A stretch of DNA of 64,000 bases from Myxococcales bacterium (GTDB taxonomy: Bacteria > Myxococcota_A > Polyangia > Polyangiales > Polyangiaceae): contig JAYTOU010000003.1 of the NCBI GenBank assembly GCA_043747615.1, forward strand, positions 185,544 through 249,543, written 5' to 3'. Below are positions 19,557-31,708 of this stretch, in pieces (positions within the stretch are counted from its first letter, which is position 1; each line of letters starts with the position of its first letter). Both the position numbers and the translations under genes were made by a program. The notes beneath the pieces are model-generated. The model was not told where the DNA came from. It ran no database searches and saw only the letters and a program-made list of their open reading frames with translations.

Positions 19557-21167
19557 TCAGGGAAGTCCCACCGTGATGGCCATGTCTCGCGCGCGTTTCC
19601 AGAACAGCTGGTACTCGTCGCGCTCGGTCTGGACGGCGATGGGAGTGGGGGCAAAAGATTGTTCAGCGTAGACGCCGTGCGAACCGTTGGAGCCGTCGTC
19701 GGGAAACCAGAACGGATTGTTGGTGGGAGTCGGGCCGGAATTAGAGTGATTCCCGGGTGCGTTGATCCAGCCCGAGTAATTGTTGTCGATCAGGTTGTTG
19801 TGGAAGCTGGTTACGTATTGCTTCCAGAGATAACCGCCGACGTTGTTGGCCCAGATGACCGTCCCGTCCTCCAGCACCCCCGCGCTGATCATTCGATTGG
19901 CGTGAACGTGCACACTCGACCCGCCCGCAATGCCGATTCCGCAATTGGTAGTACCGATGACGATGTTGTTTGAAATATCCGAATGTCCGTTCAGGGCCTC
20001 GCTTCCCCCGGGGTCGGCTCCGTCGCTGATGATGCCGCAACCAGAGTAGGCCCCGCCCCCTTCGCCGCCGGGACCTGCTGGCTTGCCGGGCTCGGTCGCG
20101 TAGCCGCCGTAGACCACGTTGTCGTGCACCAGAATGGGGGCAGCGGCAGTACCAGAGGATGCGTACAGATTGACGATGTCCTCCGAGAACCCGATCGACG
20201 GCTCCTGGGAGATCTCGTTCCAGCCGATGTCTGCAGAGGCGCATGACGAGACGCCGTTCAGCTGGACGGCGTGCGCGACACCCCCGGCCGTGAAGCGAAG
20301 CGGCTTGTACGTGCCGTCGGCGTTGGTCTGGCGGCCCTGTACATTGCGCATCCGGTTGAAGCGGACGGCGATCTTCTTTTGCGCGCCATCGAGCTGCCCG
20401 TCGACATAGACGACGAAGAGCCATGATTCGGCGTAGCTGTGCTCGACCACCACGGAGCTCGGCTTCCCCGCGGAGACGAACTTACCGTTGGACGAGTCTT
20501 GTTTCATGGGATGAAGTCCCCAGCCTCGCGTTCCGCGTACCTCCACCTCGGCGCCCGGTCCGACCTCGATGCCGTTGCCCATGGAGGCGACGCGAGCGTT
20601 CTCCACGATCACGCCTTTCACGTTCGCCGCAATCTGCACGGCCGGCTTTGAAGAGTCGAGCGAGCGCCAGTTGCCGGTGTACACGCCGGGAGCGGTGATC
20701 GTCAGCGGGAGGGCGCTCCAGGTCCGCGCGGGCTGGACACCGTCAACGGAAAGCACGAGGTGCTCTGTGCCGGCCACCACCGCGTAGACCCGGTAATAGA
20801 CATGGACATCGTCGTAAACGTAAGGATCGGCCATCGTGAGCTTGCCAGGCGGCGCGGAGTCCACCATGACCCGCGACGGGTCGGCGGCATTCCGCATGGA
20901 GTACAGTCGATATTCGCTCACCGTTCCCTGCAGGAAGGCCGGGTAGGACACGACGAAGCGATCACCGTCGTTGGCCAAGGGCGCCGCGGGTGCAAGCGTC
21001 GCATCCGCGCTTGGTCCGGCGTCGGTCTCCATCGCTCCCGCGCCGTCACGTTCGCCGGTGCCGCCTTCCGACGAGACGGGAGGAGCTGGTGCAACGCCTG
21101 CATCGCTACACGACGCGAGGAAGGCCAAGGCATACGACACGATTGCAATCGTCTTCGTCTTCGTCAT
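19557..21167 (-). CDS. Lipoprotein with right-handed beta-helix domain
   Basis: FLASC lipobox; VIVENARV, IAVRFNRM, ILVHDNVV, DISNNIVIG, VHVHANRM beta-helix coils. Confidence 0.7.
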   Translation of the reverse strand: MTKTKTIAIVSYALAFLASCSDAGVAPAPPVSSEGGTGERDGAGAMETDAGPSADATLAPAAPLANDGDRFVVSYPAFLQGTVSEYRLYSMRNAADPSRVMVDSAPPGKLTMADPYVYDDVHVYYRVYAVVAGTEHLVLSVDGVQPARTWSALPLTITAPGVYTGNWRSLDSSKPAVQIAANVKGVIVENARVASMGNGIEVGPGAEVEVRGTRGWGLHPMKQDSSNGKFVSAGKPSSVVVEHSYAESWLFVVYVDGQLDGAQKKIAVRFNRMRNVQGRQTNADGTYKPLRFTAGGVAHAVQLNGVSSCASADIGWNEISQEPSIGFSEDIVNLYASSGTAAAPILVHDNVVYGGYATEPGKPAGPGGEGGGAYSGCGIISDGADPGGSEALNGHSDISNNIVIGTTNCGIGIAGGSSVHVHANRMISAGVLEDGTVIWANNVGGYLWKQYVTSFHNNLIDNNYSGWINAPGNHSNSGPTPTNNPFWFPDDGSNGSHGVYAEQSFAPTPIAVQTERDEYQLFWKRARDMAITVGLP

Positions 21168-21588
21168 CGGGCCTGATCTTTCGAGAAGGGTCGTGAGGAT
21201 TGATACTAGACTTCAAAGGGTGCCCGCGACGCTCGCGCCTCGCATTAACTATTGTCAATAACCCGACGCTGAGTGCTTCGCTCTAGGTGTGGGTTTTTGT
21301 CGCGCATTAGGCGCTGTTCTACGGCTCGTTCGCATCACCTTTGCAACCACGGCACGCAGGGAATCCTCAATGAAGATGCGCCGATGGCAAACGGAGTACG
21401 TCTAGGTGGAATGTTCAGAATGCCAACACGACGCCGCGCGGCACATCAAGGCGCCACCGAGGACGACGACGCCACGTCCGATAGCCACATTACTTTGCGC
21501 ATACGCCGCAGAGGCGGCTCCATAGTCTTTTTCATTCCTTGACGATCCTCGCCGTCCCGATCGCCCTTCGCGTGATACTTCTCCACCG

Positions 21589-21888
21589 GTGCGAAGAGCT
21601 TCAAGATGCAACGCGGTGCCGCGCGATCTTTCGTGCCGGCCGCTCCGCTCGGGGGACGCCGAAGTCGTCCTCCTGTCGTTCACGCCGGCGGCGCACGGGC
21701 AGCTGACGGAGGCCGAACGGGACGTTGCGCTCGCGGTTGCGCGCGGGCTCTCGAACGGCGAGATCGCGGAGATGCGCGGCGCATCACCTCGCACGATCGC
21801 AAATCAGGTGGCCGCAATCCTGAAGAAGCTCGGCGTCGGATCGCGCGTCGCCTTGGCTGTGCAGTTCGGCGCGCTGGACTTCGTATGA
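21589..21888 (+). CDS. Small LuxR-type HTH regulator
   Basis: LTEAERDVALAVARGLSNGEIAEMRGASPRTIANQVAAILKKLGVGSR. Confidence 0.8.
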   Translation: MRRASRCNAVPRDLSCRPLRSGDAEVVLLSFTPAAHGQLTEAERDVALAVARGLSNGEIAEMRGASPRTIANQVAAILKKLGVGSRVALAVQFGALDFV

Positions 21889-21922
21889 CCGGGCGTCCCG
21901 CCCGGCAACGCGGGGGGCGACC

Positions 21923-22903
21923 ATGCTCAAGGTCAACACCGCTGCGATCCTGAAAATCGTCGAAGCGTGCTACGCCTCCGACGCTGATTGGCCCGCGCGG
22001 ATCTTGGGCTACGTGCGGGCACTCTTCGACGCAAACCTTACGGTCGCCTCCTTCGAATTTCAATCAAGCTCCGTGCGCGACGGGATCCGTTTTGACTCGA
22101 TCGAGCGCAGCCGATCCCTCGGTGGCGACGTCGACATCGAAGAGGCGATTCGCCAGCACCTTCTCCTCCCGCCGCCGATCGTCGCCGCGCTTTTTCGTCG
22201 GACTAGTGCAAGCACGACGAGTGCGCAAACAGGGCTCGGCGACACGATTCCACGGTTCCCGCCCTGGCGCCGAATGTGGCAAATGCCGGTCGTCGACGCA
22301 CTCGGACTCGTCGCCCGCGATCCTTCTGGCTCCGGGATGTGTGTATGCGTCGGGCTCCGTGAAACAACGTCTCTCACGTCGCGACGGGCCGCGCTCCTAA
22401 CGAAGGTCGCGGTGCATCTCGGCGCAGGGTCACGGCTGCGTCGCGCCAAGAATCTGGGCTTCCCCGACGATGCCGAAGCAATCCTCACGCCGAATGGCAA
22501 CGTGCTCCACGCAAACGAGTTTGCGAAAAACAAGCGCGATTTGCTCGACGAAGGGCGACGACGGCGTAACGAGGCGCGAAACACGACGCACGACCCGGAA
22601 AAGGCCCTCGAGATCTGGCGCGGGCTCACCGCGGGACGCTGGTCGCTCGTCGACCACTTCGATACCGACGGGAAACGATTCCTGCTCGCGATGAAAAACA
22701 TCCCCACGGTCGACAAGCGCGCTGATCTCACGCCTCGCGAGCGTCGGGTGTGTGCGCTCGCCGCGATGGGGCATCGCGACAAAGAGATCGCGTACATGCT
22801 GGGGCTGTCGAGCGCCTCGGTGACAGCGTCGTTACACCGCGCGCGTGTAAAGCTCGGCGTGAAATCGCGCGTCGAGCTCGCGAGGATCTGGACCGGAAGA
22901 TGA
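21923..22903 (+). CDS. LuxR-family HTH regulator, paralog of 11456..12478
   Basis: Shares the identical GRWSLVDHFDTDGKRFLLAMKN segment and a near-identical HTH. Confidence 0.88.
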   Translation: MLKVNTAAILKIVEACYASDADWPARILGYVRALFDANLTVASFEFQSSSVRDGIRFDSIERSRSLGGDVDIEEAIRQHLLLPPPIVAALFRRTSASTTSAQTGLGDTIPRFPPWRRMWQMPVVDALGLVARDPSGSGMCVCVGLRETTSLTSRRAALLTKVAVHLGAGSRLRRAKNLGFPDDAEAILTPNGNVLHANEFAKNKRDLLDEGRRRRNEARNTTHDPEKALEIWRGLTAGRWSLVDHFDTDGKRFLLAMKNIPTVDKRADLTPRERRVCALAAMGHRDKEIAYMLGLSSASVTASLHRARVKLGVKSRVELARIWTGR

Positions 22904-22989
22904 TTCGGTTCGAGCGCGTCCGCCTGATCGAACTGCTCGATGCGTCGTACGACTCGTTCGACGCGGTAGAAGACGAAACCGGGTGGGCT
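22900..22989 (+). pseudogene. Truncated N-terminus of another LuxR paralog
   Basis: ATGA overlap with the upstream stop; MIRFERVRLIELLDASYDSFDAVEDETGWA resembles MLHLDKTPLIDLIVASYDTTEEKEPWA; similarity ends at the IS66 relic. Confidence 0.6.
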
Positions 22990-22994
22990 CCCGG

Positions 22995-23220
22995 TTTCGC
23001 CGGGTCAGTACGGCAGGACGTGGACGATCTCGGCGAGGTAGCCCTCGGCATCGATGCGGTGAAGAGCGCACGAGGCGATGAGAGAGAGAACGTTGGCGGC
23101 GGCCTGGGCGTGATCGTCAAAGCCACAGAGGAGCCAGGCTTTTCTTCCGACGGCGATGGTTCGCAGAGCACGCTCCGAGGCGTTGTTGTCGAGGCGGAGG
23201 CGTTCGTCGTCGAGGAAAAA
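22995..23220 (-). mobile_element. IS66-family transposase (TnpC) C-terminal relic
   Basis: FLDDERLRLDNNASERALRTIAVGRKAWLLCG...ANVLSLIASCALHRIDAEGYLAEI; premature TGA in LPY*P; no N-terminal part. Confidence 0.85.
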
Positions 23221-23372
23221 CTCTTTGAAGACGGAGCGCGACGCGAGCTGGAGCCAACACCGATTTCGCAACGACGCGGGTCTACGTGAGAGAGGCGGAG
23301 ATCCTGCGCCGGCTTTGGCGGAATGTTCCCACAGTTGCCTCCCACCCTGGTTTCGCCAGGGGGGCGCTCTGC

Positions 23373-23401
23373 AATCGTCTGAATCGTCTAGCGAATCGTC
23401 T
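23373..23401. repeat. Three direct repeats of AATCGTCT beside the tRNA-Asp 3' end
   Basis: Copies at 23373, 23382 and 23394. Confidence 0.85.
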
Positions 23402-23437
23402 GGGATGCCGAAACCCGAGCTAACTACTCGGAATTAC

Positions 23438-23513
<76 letters not shown>

Positions 23514-23568
23514 AGAACGGACGTGAAATTCCAAGTTATCAACGAATAAGAAAGTCCTGCCAAATCGG

Positions 23569-23640
23569 TAGGCGGGACAGGCATCGAACCTGCGACATCC
23601 GGCGTGTAAAGCCAGCGCTCTGCCACTGAGCTACCCGCCC
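23569..23640 (-). tRNA. tRNA-Val(TAC)
   Basis: GGGCGGGTAGCTCAGTGGCAGAGC, CTGGC-TTTACAC-GCCGG, GGTTCGATGCC, CCCGCCTA. Confidence 0.97.
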
Positions 23641-23662
23641 AGAACAACCGGAAAGCGCGCGG

Positions 23663-23691
23663 AAACTGCAACATTCGCGCGGGTTGGTCAA
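23663..23691 (-). promoter_or_regulatory. Putative sigma70-type promoter of the tRNA pair
   Basis: TTGACC-17 bp-CAGTTT followed by a GC-rich CCGCGCGC discriminator. Confidence 0.4.
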
Positions 23692-23742
23692 GTCAAAAGG
23701 GCGCTCGTCATAAGAGGGACGCTTCGGATAGGGTAAAACGGT

Positions 23743-24873
23743 GTGATTTCTGCGCGCGCGCGTCAGCGTTTGCGCGATTCACCACCCGAGAAAATCGTGA
23801 ACGCAGACAAGCCAAACCCAGCGACGGTTCCCCCGCCGCCCAATCATCGAGACAGTCTCATCGGCCGGATTCTCAGCGAGAGGTACCGCCTCGTCTCGGC
23901 GCTGGAAGAAGGCGGGATGGGTCTGGTCTTCATCGCGGAGACGATCCCCGAGAGAAATACTCTCGCCATAAAAATTCTAAAGCCCGAGTTCCAAAGCGAT
24001 CCGGAGGTGGTGGCTCGCTTCCTCGACGAGGCCCGCGCGGCTGAGCGCTTCGTGCACCCGAACATCGTGCGCATCTTCGGGCACGGCGTCTCTGGCGACG
24101 GCACGCCGTACATCACGATGGAGCTCCTCGAAGGAGTGCCTTTCAACAAATACACGAAGAAGGGCGAGCGCACGCCCTTCGCTCAGGCCCTTCCGATCAT
24201 GCAGAGCATCCTCTGCGGTCTCACAGCGGCGCACGCAGCGGGCGTCGTGCATCGCGATCTCAAGCCGGCGAATATTTTCTTGTCGCGCAACCCGCAGGGC
24301 GTGTTCGAGGTGAAGCTCCTCGACTTCGGGATCGCCAAGGTGATGGACGCGGCCGGCGGAATGGGCTCGAAAACCCGCACCGGAATGTTCCTCGGCACGC
24401 CCGCGTACATGAGCCCGGAACAGATCAAAAGCCCGAAAAACGTCGACGCGCGCACCGACCTTTGGGCCGCGGGAGTCATGTTTTATCGCATGCTCACCGG
24501 GACGCCGCCGTTCAGCGGGCAGTACGATGTCGATCGACTCTCGGCGATCCTCACCGAGACGCAGGTGCCGATGGAGCGGATCGATCCGAGCCTCGCCCCG
24601 CTCTCCGAGTTCATGACCCGGGCGCTCCAGAAAGATCGCGCGAACCGATTTCAGTCGGCGACGGAAATGGCCCAGGCGCTCGGCCAAGCGGCGCAAGGAG
24701 TCGCGGCGGGGCACTCTGCGAACGCCCCGAGCCACGCACCGGAGGCGGACGACGTTGCCGGCCTTCCGAAAAAGAGGGCGAGCGGACCGTCGTGGGCGCT
24801 CGCGGTAGTCCTCATTCTCCTCGCGCTTGCCGGCGGTGTGGGGAGCGGTTTCGCCCTCGCAAAATACCGCTAA
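23743..24873 (+). CDS. Hanks-type Ser/Thr kinase with C-terminal TM anchor (start may be 23797)
   Basis: GGMGLV, AIK, HRDLKPAN, DFG, GTPAYMSPEQ, DLWAAG. Confidence 0.93.
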   Translation: MISARARQRLRDSPPEKIVNADKPNPATVPPPPNHRDSLIGRILSERYRLVSALEEGGMGLVFIAETIPERNTLAIKILKPEFQSDPEVVARFLDEARAAERFVHPNIVRIFGHGVSGDGTPYITMELLEGVPFNKYTKKGERTPFAQALPIMQSILCGLTAAHAAGVVHRDLKPANIFLSRNPQGVFEVKLLDFGIAKVMDAAGGMGSKTRTGMFLGTPAYMSPEQIKSPKNVDARTDLWAAGVMFYRMLTGTPPFSGQYDVDRLSAILTETQVPMERIDPSLAPLSEFMTRALQKDRANRFQSATEMAQALGQAAQGVAAGHSANAPSHAPEADDVAGLPKKRASGPSWALAVVLILLALAGGVGSGFALAKYR

Positions 24874-24881
24874 AGACTTAC

Positions 24882-27380
24882 TTACGCGTTACCGACGGGC
24901 GCGGCAGGGGCCGGATCGTTCGGCGAGGTGGTCGGGGGGCGTCCTTCTGCGCGAACCACGAGCTCGCCGTCGCGGTATTCCATCGTCTCGCGCGCGGGGC
25001 CAAAGATGGCTTCGGGATCCGGCAGGCAAAGCGCCTCGCGAAGCACCTCGTCCATGTGCTCGACGAGGACCACGCGAATGGCCTTGAGAACGCGACGCGG
25101 CACTTCGCGCAGATCCTTCCGATTCTCCTTCGGAACGACGACCGTCGTGATCCCGCTTCGGTGCGCGGCGAGCAACTTTTCTTTGAGCCCACCGATCGGC
25201 ATCACCCGGCCGCGCAGGGTAATTTCCCCCGTCATCGCCAGATCTCGCTTCACGGGCACTTTGATGAGGGCGCTGGCGAGCGAGGTCGCCATGGTCACGC
25301 CGGCGCTTGGCCCGTCCTTCCGAATGAATTCCGGGAAGTGCACGTGCACGTCTACCTTTTGATAAAAATCCGGATCGAGCCCAAGGATGCTGGCGCGCGA
25401 TCGCACGTAGCTCATGGCCGCGTGGGCGCTCTCCTCCATGCCCTTCTCGAGGAGCCCGGTGATGGCGAGCTTCCCCTTCCCTGCGACGACCGCGACTTCG
25501 CACGCGAGGAGCTCTCCCCCGCCGCTGCTGGTCACCGACAGACCGTTCGTGAGGCCGATCTCGTCGTGCTCTTCTTTTCTCCCAAGATGAAATTTCGGCA
25601 CGCCCAGGAACTTCGGAATGTTCTTGGCGATGACCTCGATCGGCTTCTCTTTGCCTTCGTTGACCACCTGGCGCGCCACCTTGCGACAGATGCTGGCGAT
25701 CTCGCGCTCGAGCGAGCGCACGCCAGCCTCACGCGTGTAGTGATGGATGGCCGTACGCAGGGCGCTCTCGGTGATCGTGAACGGCACGTCGTCTAGGCCG
25801 CACTCTTTTTTCTGCCGAGGCACCAAGTATTTTACCGCGATGTTGAGCTTCTCGAACTCGGTGTAACCGGAGAGCTGGATGATCTCCATGCGGTCCTGGA
25901 GCGGCACCGGAATCGATCCCAGGGTGTTCGCAGTGGTGATGAACATCACGTCCGACAAATCGTAATCTAGGTCGAGGTAGTGATCGTTGAACGTGTCGTT
26001 TTGCTCGGAGTCGAGGACCTCGAGGAGAGCGGCCGCCGGGTCGCCGCGGAAGTCCGTCGACATCTTGTCGACTTCGTCCAGGAGAAAGACGGGGTTGTTC
26101 GTCCCCGCCTTCTTCAGCGACTGAATCAATTTTCCGGGCATCGCGCCGATGTACGTGCGCCGATGACCACGAATCTCCGCTTCGTCACGAACACCACCGA
26201 GGGAGAGGCGCACGAACTTTCGCCCCGTCGCGCGGGCGATGCTCTTGCACAGGCTGGTCTTGCCGACGCCGGGCGGGCCGACGAAGCAGAGCACCGGACC
26301 TTTGAGCTTCTGAGTGAGCGCTTGCACCGCGAGGTACTCGAGGATGCGCTCCTTGATGCGTTTGAGACCGTAGTGATCCTCGTCGAGGATGTCTTCGGCG
26401 GCCTTGAGGTCGTGCGTCTCCTCGCTCTTCTCGTACCAGGGGAGGCTCAGGATCCAGTCGATGTAGTTCCGCACCACCGTCGCCTCGGCGCTGGTCGGGT
26501 GCATCATCTTCAGCTTCTTCAGCTCTTTTTTGACCTTCTGCGTGGCCTCTTTGCTCATCCGCTTGGTCTTGAGCTGGTCTTCGACTTCTTGAATCTCGTT
26601 CTTGAACTCATCGCGCTCGCCGCCACCCAGCTCCTTCTGGATCGCCTGCATTTGCTCGTTGAGGTAATATTCCTTCTGCGTCTTCTCCATCTGCTTCTTG
26701 ACGCGCGATCGGATCTTTTTCTCGACCTGGAGGATCTCGATCTCCGCCTGCATCAGCTCGTGGAGGCGCTCGAGGCGCTTCGACGCGTCGTCCTCTTCGA
26801 GGAGCGCCTGGCGATCGGAGAGCTTCACGGTGGGCAGGTTGGCGATGATGGTGTCCGACAGGCGCGACGGATCGTCGATCGTCTGCACACTCATCAAGAC
26901 TTCGGGCTGAACTTTTTTGTTCAGCTTCACGTACATCTCGAACGCCGACTGCACGCTCCGCATCAGCGCTTCGACCTCGACGGTGCGCGTGCCAACCTCC
27001 GGGACGTCCTCGACCTCGACCAAGAAAAATTCGTCGGTCTGGGCATAACGCTTGGTGCGCGCGCGGCGCTTCCCTTCGACGAGGACCTTCACCGTCCCGT
27101 CGGGCAAGCGAAGTAGCTGCATCACGGTACCGAGGGTGCCGACGGTAAAAATATCGTCCGGCGAAGGCTCGTTCGTCTTCGCGTTTTTCTGTGCGGCCAA
27201 GAAAATTTCCTTGTCGCGCGTCATCGCCGCGTCGAGCGCGTTGATCGACCGCTCACGGCCAACGAACAGCTGGCTGACCATGTGGGGGAAGACGATGATG
27301 TCGCGGAGCGGAAGGAGCGGGACGATCCGCTTTTTCGGCGCCGGAGCGCCCTTGGGGTCGGTGTCGTTTTTGAAGAACAT
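24882..27380 (-). CDS. lon: ATP-dependent protease La
   Basis: PLLPLRD LON domain, [22 protein letters not shown] (catalytic Ser), GGLKEK. Confidence 0.98.
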   Translation of the reverse strand: MFFKNDTDPKGAPAPKKRIVPLLPLRDIIVFPHMVSQLFVGRERSINALDAAMTRDKEIFLAAQKNAKTNEPSPDDIFTVGTLGTVMQLLRLPDGTVKVLVEGKRRARTKRYAQTDEFFLVEVEDVPEVGTRTVEVEALMRSVQSAFEMYVKLNKKVQPEVLMSVQTIDDPSRLSDTIIANLPTVKLSDRQALLEEDDASKRLERLHELMQAEIEILQVEKKIRSRVKKQMEKTQKEYYLNEQMQAIQKELGGGERDEFKNEIQEVEDQLKTKRMSKEATQKVKKELKKLKMMHPTSAEATVVRNYIDWILSLPWYEKSEETHDLKAAEDILDEDHYGLKRIKERILEYLAVQALTQKLKGPVLCFVGPPGVGKTSLCKSIARATGRKFVRLSLGGVRDEAEIRGHRRTYIGAMPGKLIQSLKKAGTNNPVFLLDEVDKMSTDFRGDPAAALLEVLDSEQNDTFNDHYLDLDYDLSDVMFITTANTLGSIPVPLQDRMEIIQLSGYTEFEKLNIAVKYLVPRQKKECGLDDVPFTITESALRTAIHHYTREAGVRSLEREIASICRKVARQVVNEGKEKPIEVIAKNIPKFLGVPKFHLGRKEEHDEIGLTNGLSVTSSGGGELLACEVAVVAGKGKLAITGLLEKGMEESAHAAMSYVRSRASILGLDPDFYQKVDVHVHFPEFIRKDGPSAGVTMATSLASALIKVPVKRDLAMTGEITLRGRVMPIGGLKEKLLAAHRSGITTVVVPKENRKDLREVPRRVLKAIRVVLVEHMDEVLREALCLPDPEAIFGPARETMEYRDGELVVRAEGRPPTTSPNDPAPAAPVGNA

Positions 27381-27726
27381 GAGGCCACCGTTTTGCCATC
27401 AAGGGAGAGCCCGAGCAACGAATACGTGGGGCTTTCCGCTCCCCCAGCTGCTTCAGCGAGCGATTTCGGTGCCGTATAGGGCGCGCGACGCAAGAAGAAG
27501 AGTCTGCGTCGTGCCGGTCGTGTCCACGAAAGACATGTCTCCACTCGGTATGCACGCCACGGCGACGGAGCTGGGGTTCATGGTCACCTGCGCGCACTGG
27601 GAGGTGCCGACCGCCGAATCGAACGAGCTTCCCCAGAGGGGGTGTCCGTCGGCCGATCCGCCGTCTTCCTGCGACGGCACGGCCGGTACGTCGGCCACCC
27701 GATGGGTAAGCGTCAGCCGAAGAGCC

Positions 27727-28983
<1,257 letters not shown>

Positions 28984-29110
28984 GTCGACCTCTTGTTCTC
29001 GTCCGGTTCCGTGACGCCTGAATCGTCTACGTCACGTTATGTCAGAAGCTTAGACTCGCCAAAAGCGCATCGCAAGGATCCGGCGAAGCGCGAGGGGCAG
29101 GTCAGCCGTT

Positions 29111-29737
29111 TCAGACTGCCTTGGGGCCGCCCTTGTTCTTAGGAGTCAGCACCTCGTCGATGAGGCCGTATTCCTTCGCTTGAACGCCGCTCAGGTAGAA
29201 GTCTCGATCGATGTCCTTGTTGATCTGCTCGCGGGGCTTACCGGTCGCCGTCGTCAGGATGTCGGTGACGACGTCCTTTAGATGCCGGATCTCCCTCGCC
29301 TGTATCTCGATATCGGTCGCCTGACCGCGCGCGCCGCCGAGCGGCTGGTGAATCATGATCCGCGAATTCGGGAGCGCGACCCGACGCCCCTTCATTCCTG
29401 CCGCGAGGAGGACAGCGCCCATGGAGGCGGCCATGCCGAGGCAGGTCGTCGAGACGGGGCAGCGGACGTACTGCATGGTGTCGTAGATCGCCAGACCGCT
29501 GGTCACTACGCCGCCAGGAGAGTTGATGTAGAGCATGATCTCCTTGTCGGGATCCTCGCTCTCCAAAAAGAGAAACTGGGCGATGATGATGTTGGCGACG
29601 TCGTCATTGATCTCGGTGCCGAGAAAGACGATTCGGTCCTTCAGGAGACGGCTGAAGATGTCCCAGTTGCGTTCGCCACGGTGCGTCGTTTCGACGACCG
29701 TCGGGTAAGGGATGAAGCTTCTCCAGTCGCCGCTCAT
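29111..29737 (-). CDS. clpP: Clp protease proteolytic subunit
   Basis: [33 protein letters not shown]. Confidence 0.98.
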   Translation of the reverse strand: MSGDWRSFIPYPTVVETTHRGERNWDIFSRLLKDRIVFLGTEINDDVANIIIAQFLFLESEDPDKEIMLYINSPGGVVTSGLAIYDTMQYVRCPVSTTCLGMAASMGAVLLAAGMKGRRVALPNSRIMIHQPLGGARGQATDIEIQAREIRHLKDVVTDILTTATGKPREQINKDIDRDFYLSGVQAKEYGLIDEVLTPKNKGGPKAV

Positions 29738-31191
29738 TTCTTTTTCCCTTCCTTAGTTACGTCTTTTGAGGAGGCGTCTTTCGCCGCTTCCTTCGGTTCC
29801 TTCTTCTTCTCAGACTTTTCAGCCTTCGCCGGCTTGTCTTCCTTCCCGGCGGTCTCCGCTTTGTCAGAGGCTTTCTCCGGTTTTTCTTCGGCGGCGGCTT
29901 CGACGACGGGAACTGGGCCGTCGACGACCTTAGATTTGCTCTCGAGCAGGTTCAAGATTTTGTCTTCGAGAATCATACCTATCAGCATGTCTCGCTTATT
30001 CTTTTCGCGGTACTCCGCTTTCACCTTGGCGACGTTTTTACCTGTCTCTTCGGCAAGCTCAGCGAGGCCCTTCTCGATGTCTTCGTCGGTCACCTTCATC
30101 TCGAGCTTGCGCGCGATCGCGGCCATGAGCAGTCCCGCGCGCACCTTCTTCTCGGCGTCGGCGAGGATGCGGTCGTGGAGGATCTGCCCTTGCTCCTGGG
30201 TGAAGCGTTGACCCATGCGCCGGGCCTGCTGCATGACCTCCTGCTCCATCACCTTGCACTGCTGCTCGACGAGCGACGGGGGCACGTCTAGGGGGTTCGC
30301 GTCGTTGAGCTTCTGCACGATCTGCTCGGCAACCGCGACCTCGGACTGATCCTTCTTTGCCTTCTCGAGGCGGGTGTGGACGTCTGCCCGGAGCTCGACG
30401 AGCGTCTGGAACTGACCCACGTCCTTCGCGAACTCGTCGTCGAGGGTCGGGAGGACCTTCTCCTTGAGATCGACCACGGTGATCGAAAACTCCCCTTTTT
30501 TCCCTTTGAAATCATCGCGGGGGTGCTGGTCGGGAAACTGCGCCTCGACCTTGAGCTTGTCGCCGATGCTCTTACCGCTGAGCGCGGCGTCGAGCTCCGG
30601 GAGGACCTGCGCGGCCCCGAGCTCGAGCTGAACGCCCTGCCCGGCTCCATCTTTGATTTCTTTTCCGCCGAGGGCGAGGGTGAAGTCGATGGTCACGACG
30701 TCCCCTGCAGTGGCGGGCCGCGCGGGCTCGGGATTCTTGAGGGCGCCCATTCCCTGGCGGAGACGCTCGATCTGCTCGTCGACTTCGCCGTCCTTCACCT
30801 CAGCCGGCGGACGAAAGAGATCGAAGCCTTCGTACTTCACGTCTCCAACGTCGGGCGCGACCTCGAACCTCGCCTTGTAGGAGAAGTCCTCTTTCGCATC
30901 GATCTTCCCCGCTTCGACCGACGGCATGCTCACCGGCGTGACGTTCTTCTCGGAGAGAACCTTCGGGAGCGTGTCGTTCACGATCGCGTTGGCCACGTCA
31001 CTCTGGACCTGCGGACCAAAGAGGTGGGTGAGGACGTTGCGCGGAACTTTTCCGGGGCGGAACCCCTTCACATGCGCCTTCTTGCCGAGCGTGACATACG
31101 CTTTGTCGATCTCCGCTTTCACGGAATCGGCCGGCACCAAAATCTGAAGCTCCATCATCACGGAAGAAATGCGCTGAACGGTGATTTGCAT
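29734..31191 (-). CDS. tig: Trigger factor (Lys/Glu-rich C-terminal tail)
   Basis: GFRPGKVP ribosome-binding motif, FKBP-like domain, LDDEFAK; upstream of clpP. Confidence 0.95.
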   Translation of the reverse strand: MQITVQRISSVMMELQILVPADSVKAEIDKAYVTLGKKAHVKGFRPGKVPRNVLTHLFGPQVQSDVANAIVNDTLPKVLSEKNVTPVSMPSVEAGKIDAKEDFSYKARFEVAPDVGDVKYEGFDLFRPPAEVKDGEVDEQIERLRQGMGALKNPEPARPATAGDVVTIDFTLALGGKEIKDGAGQGVQLELGAAQVLPELDAALSGKSIGDKLKVEAQFPDQHPRDDFKGKKGEFSITVVDLKEKVLPTLDDEFAKDVGQFQTLVELRADVHTRLEKAKKDQSEVAVAEQIVQKLNDANPLDVPPSLVEQQCKVMEQEVMQQARRMGQRFTQEQGQILHDRILADAEKKVRAGLLMAAIARKLEMKVTDEDIEKGLAELAEETGKNVAKVKAEYREKNKRDMLIGMILEDKILNLLESKSKVVDGPVPVVEAAAEEKPEKASDKAETAGKEDKPAKAEKSEKKKEPKEAAKDASSKDVTKEGKKK

Positions 31192-31255
31192 GAGGCGGGG
31201 ACCATACTTCGCCCACCTAGCTCGTTCAAGACTGCTTCGCGCTAATTCGAAGCAC

Positions 31256-31293
31256 AAAAAAAGCGCCCTCGACCGAGGCGTGGTCGAGAGCGC
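31256..31293 (-). terminator. Rho-independent terminator
   Basis: GCGCTCTCGACC-loop-GGTCGAGGGCGC followed by T7 on the minus strand. Confidence 0.85.
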
Positions 31294-31315
31294 GGGTCCC
31301 GGGAGGGACGTAAAT

Positions 31316-31504
31316 CTAGTACTTGTCTTCGTCTTCCTGATCGGGATCGTACTCATCCTTCTGATCGTCGAAGAGCAAGCTGCTGTTTCCTTCGAAGATG
31401 GTCTCCTGCATCAGGTCCTCGAGAGAGAAGCCCACTTTGTATTGCGGGCGGAGCTCTTCGCGCTCGAACTCTTCGATGCTTCGGTAGTTCTTCGGTGCGG
31501 TCAT
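31316..31504 (-). CDS. Small acidic protein (62 aa), unknown function
   Basis: GGAGGA RBS, followed by a terminator, GC-rich third codon positions. Confidence 0.75.
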   Translation of the reverse strand: MTAPKNYRSIEEFEREELRPQYKVGFSLEDLMQETIFEGNSSLLFDDQKDEYDPDQEDEDKY

Positions 31505-31549
31505 GGTGTTCCTCCAAGAAATTGAGCCAAGAATTTTTTAAAACGCGGA

Positions 31550-31708
31550 TCAGCGGAGCTTGAGAGGCGTAATGCGTGCGGGGGATGCGCGAAGTGGACC
31601 GCCAGACAGCGCGCGAGGTAGCCAAAACATCTGGCGCATCACCCGATCGGTGGTGCTCTCCTCTTTCTGCAGTGCACGGACGAGTGCCTGCCGCTGCTTG
31701 GTTCGCAT
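31550..31708 (-). CDS. Small basic protein (52 aa), unknown function
   Basis: GAGGAGG RBS 5 nt before ATG; MRTKQRQALVRALQKEESTTDRVMRQMFWLP... Confidence 0.5.
   Translation of the reverse strand: MRTKQRQALVRALQKEESTTDRVMRQMFWLPRALSGGPLRASPARITPLKLR

Noticed and set aside
21200..21216. FNR-like box TTGAT-N7-TTCAA
   Set aside because: The spacing differs from TTGAT-N4-ATCAA, so it is not supportable.
22990..23289. ORF 22750..23289 as an intact gene
   Set aside because: It is a chimera of a truncated LuxR start and the antisense strand of the IS66 relic.
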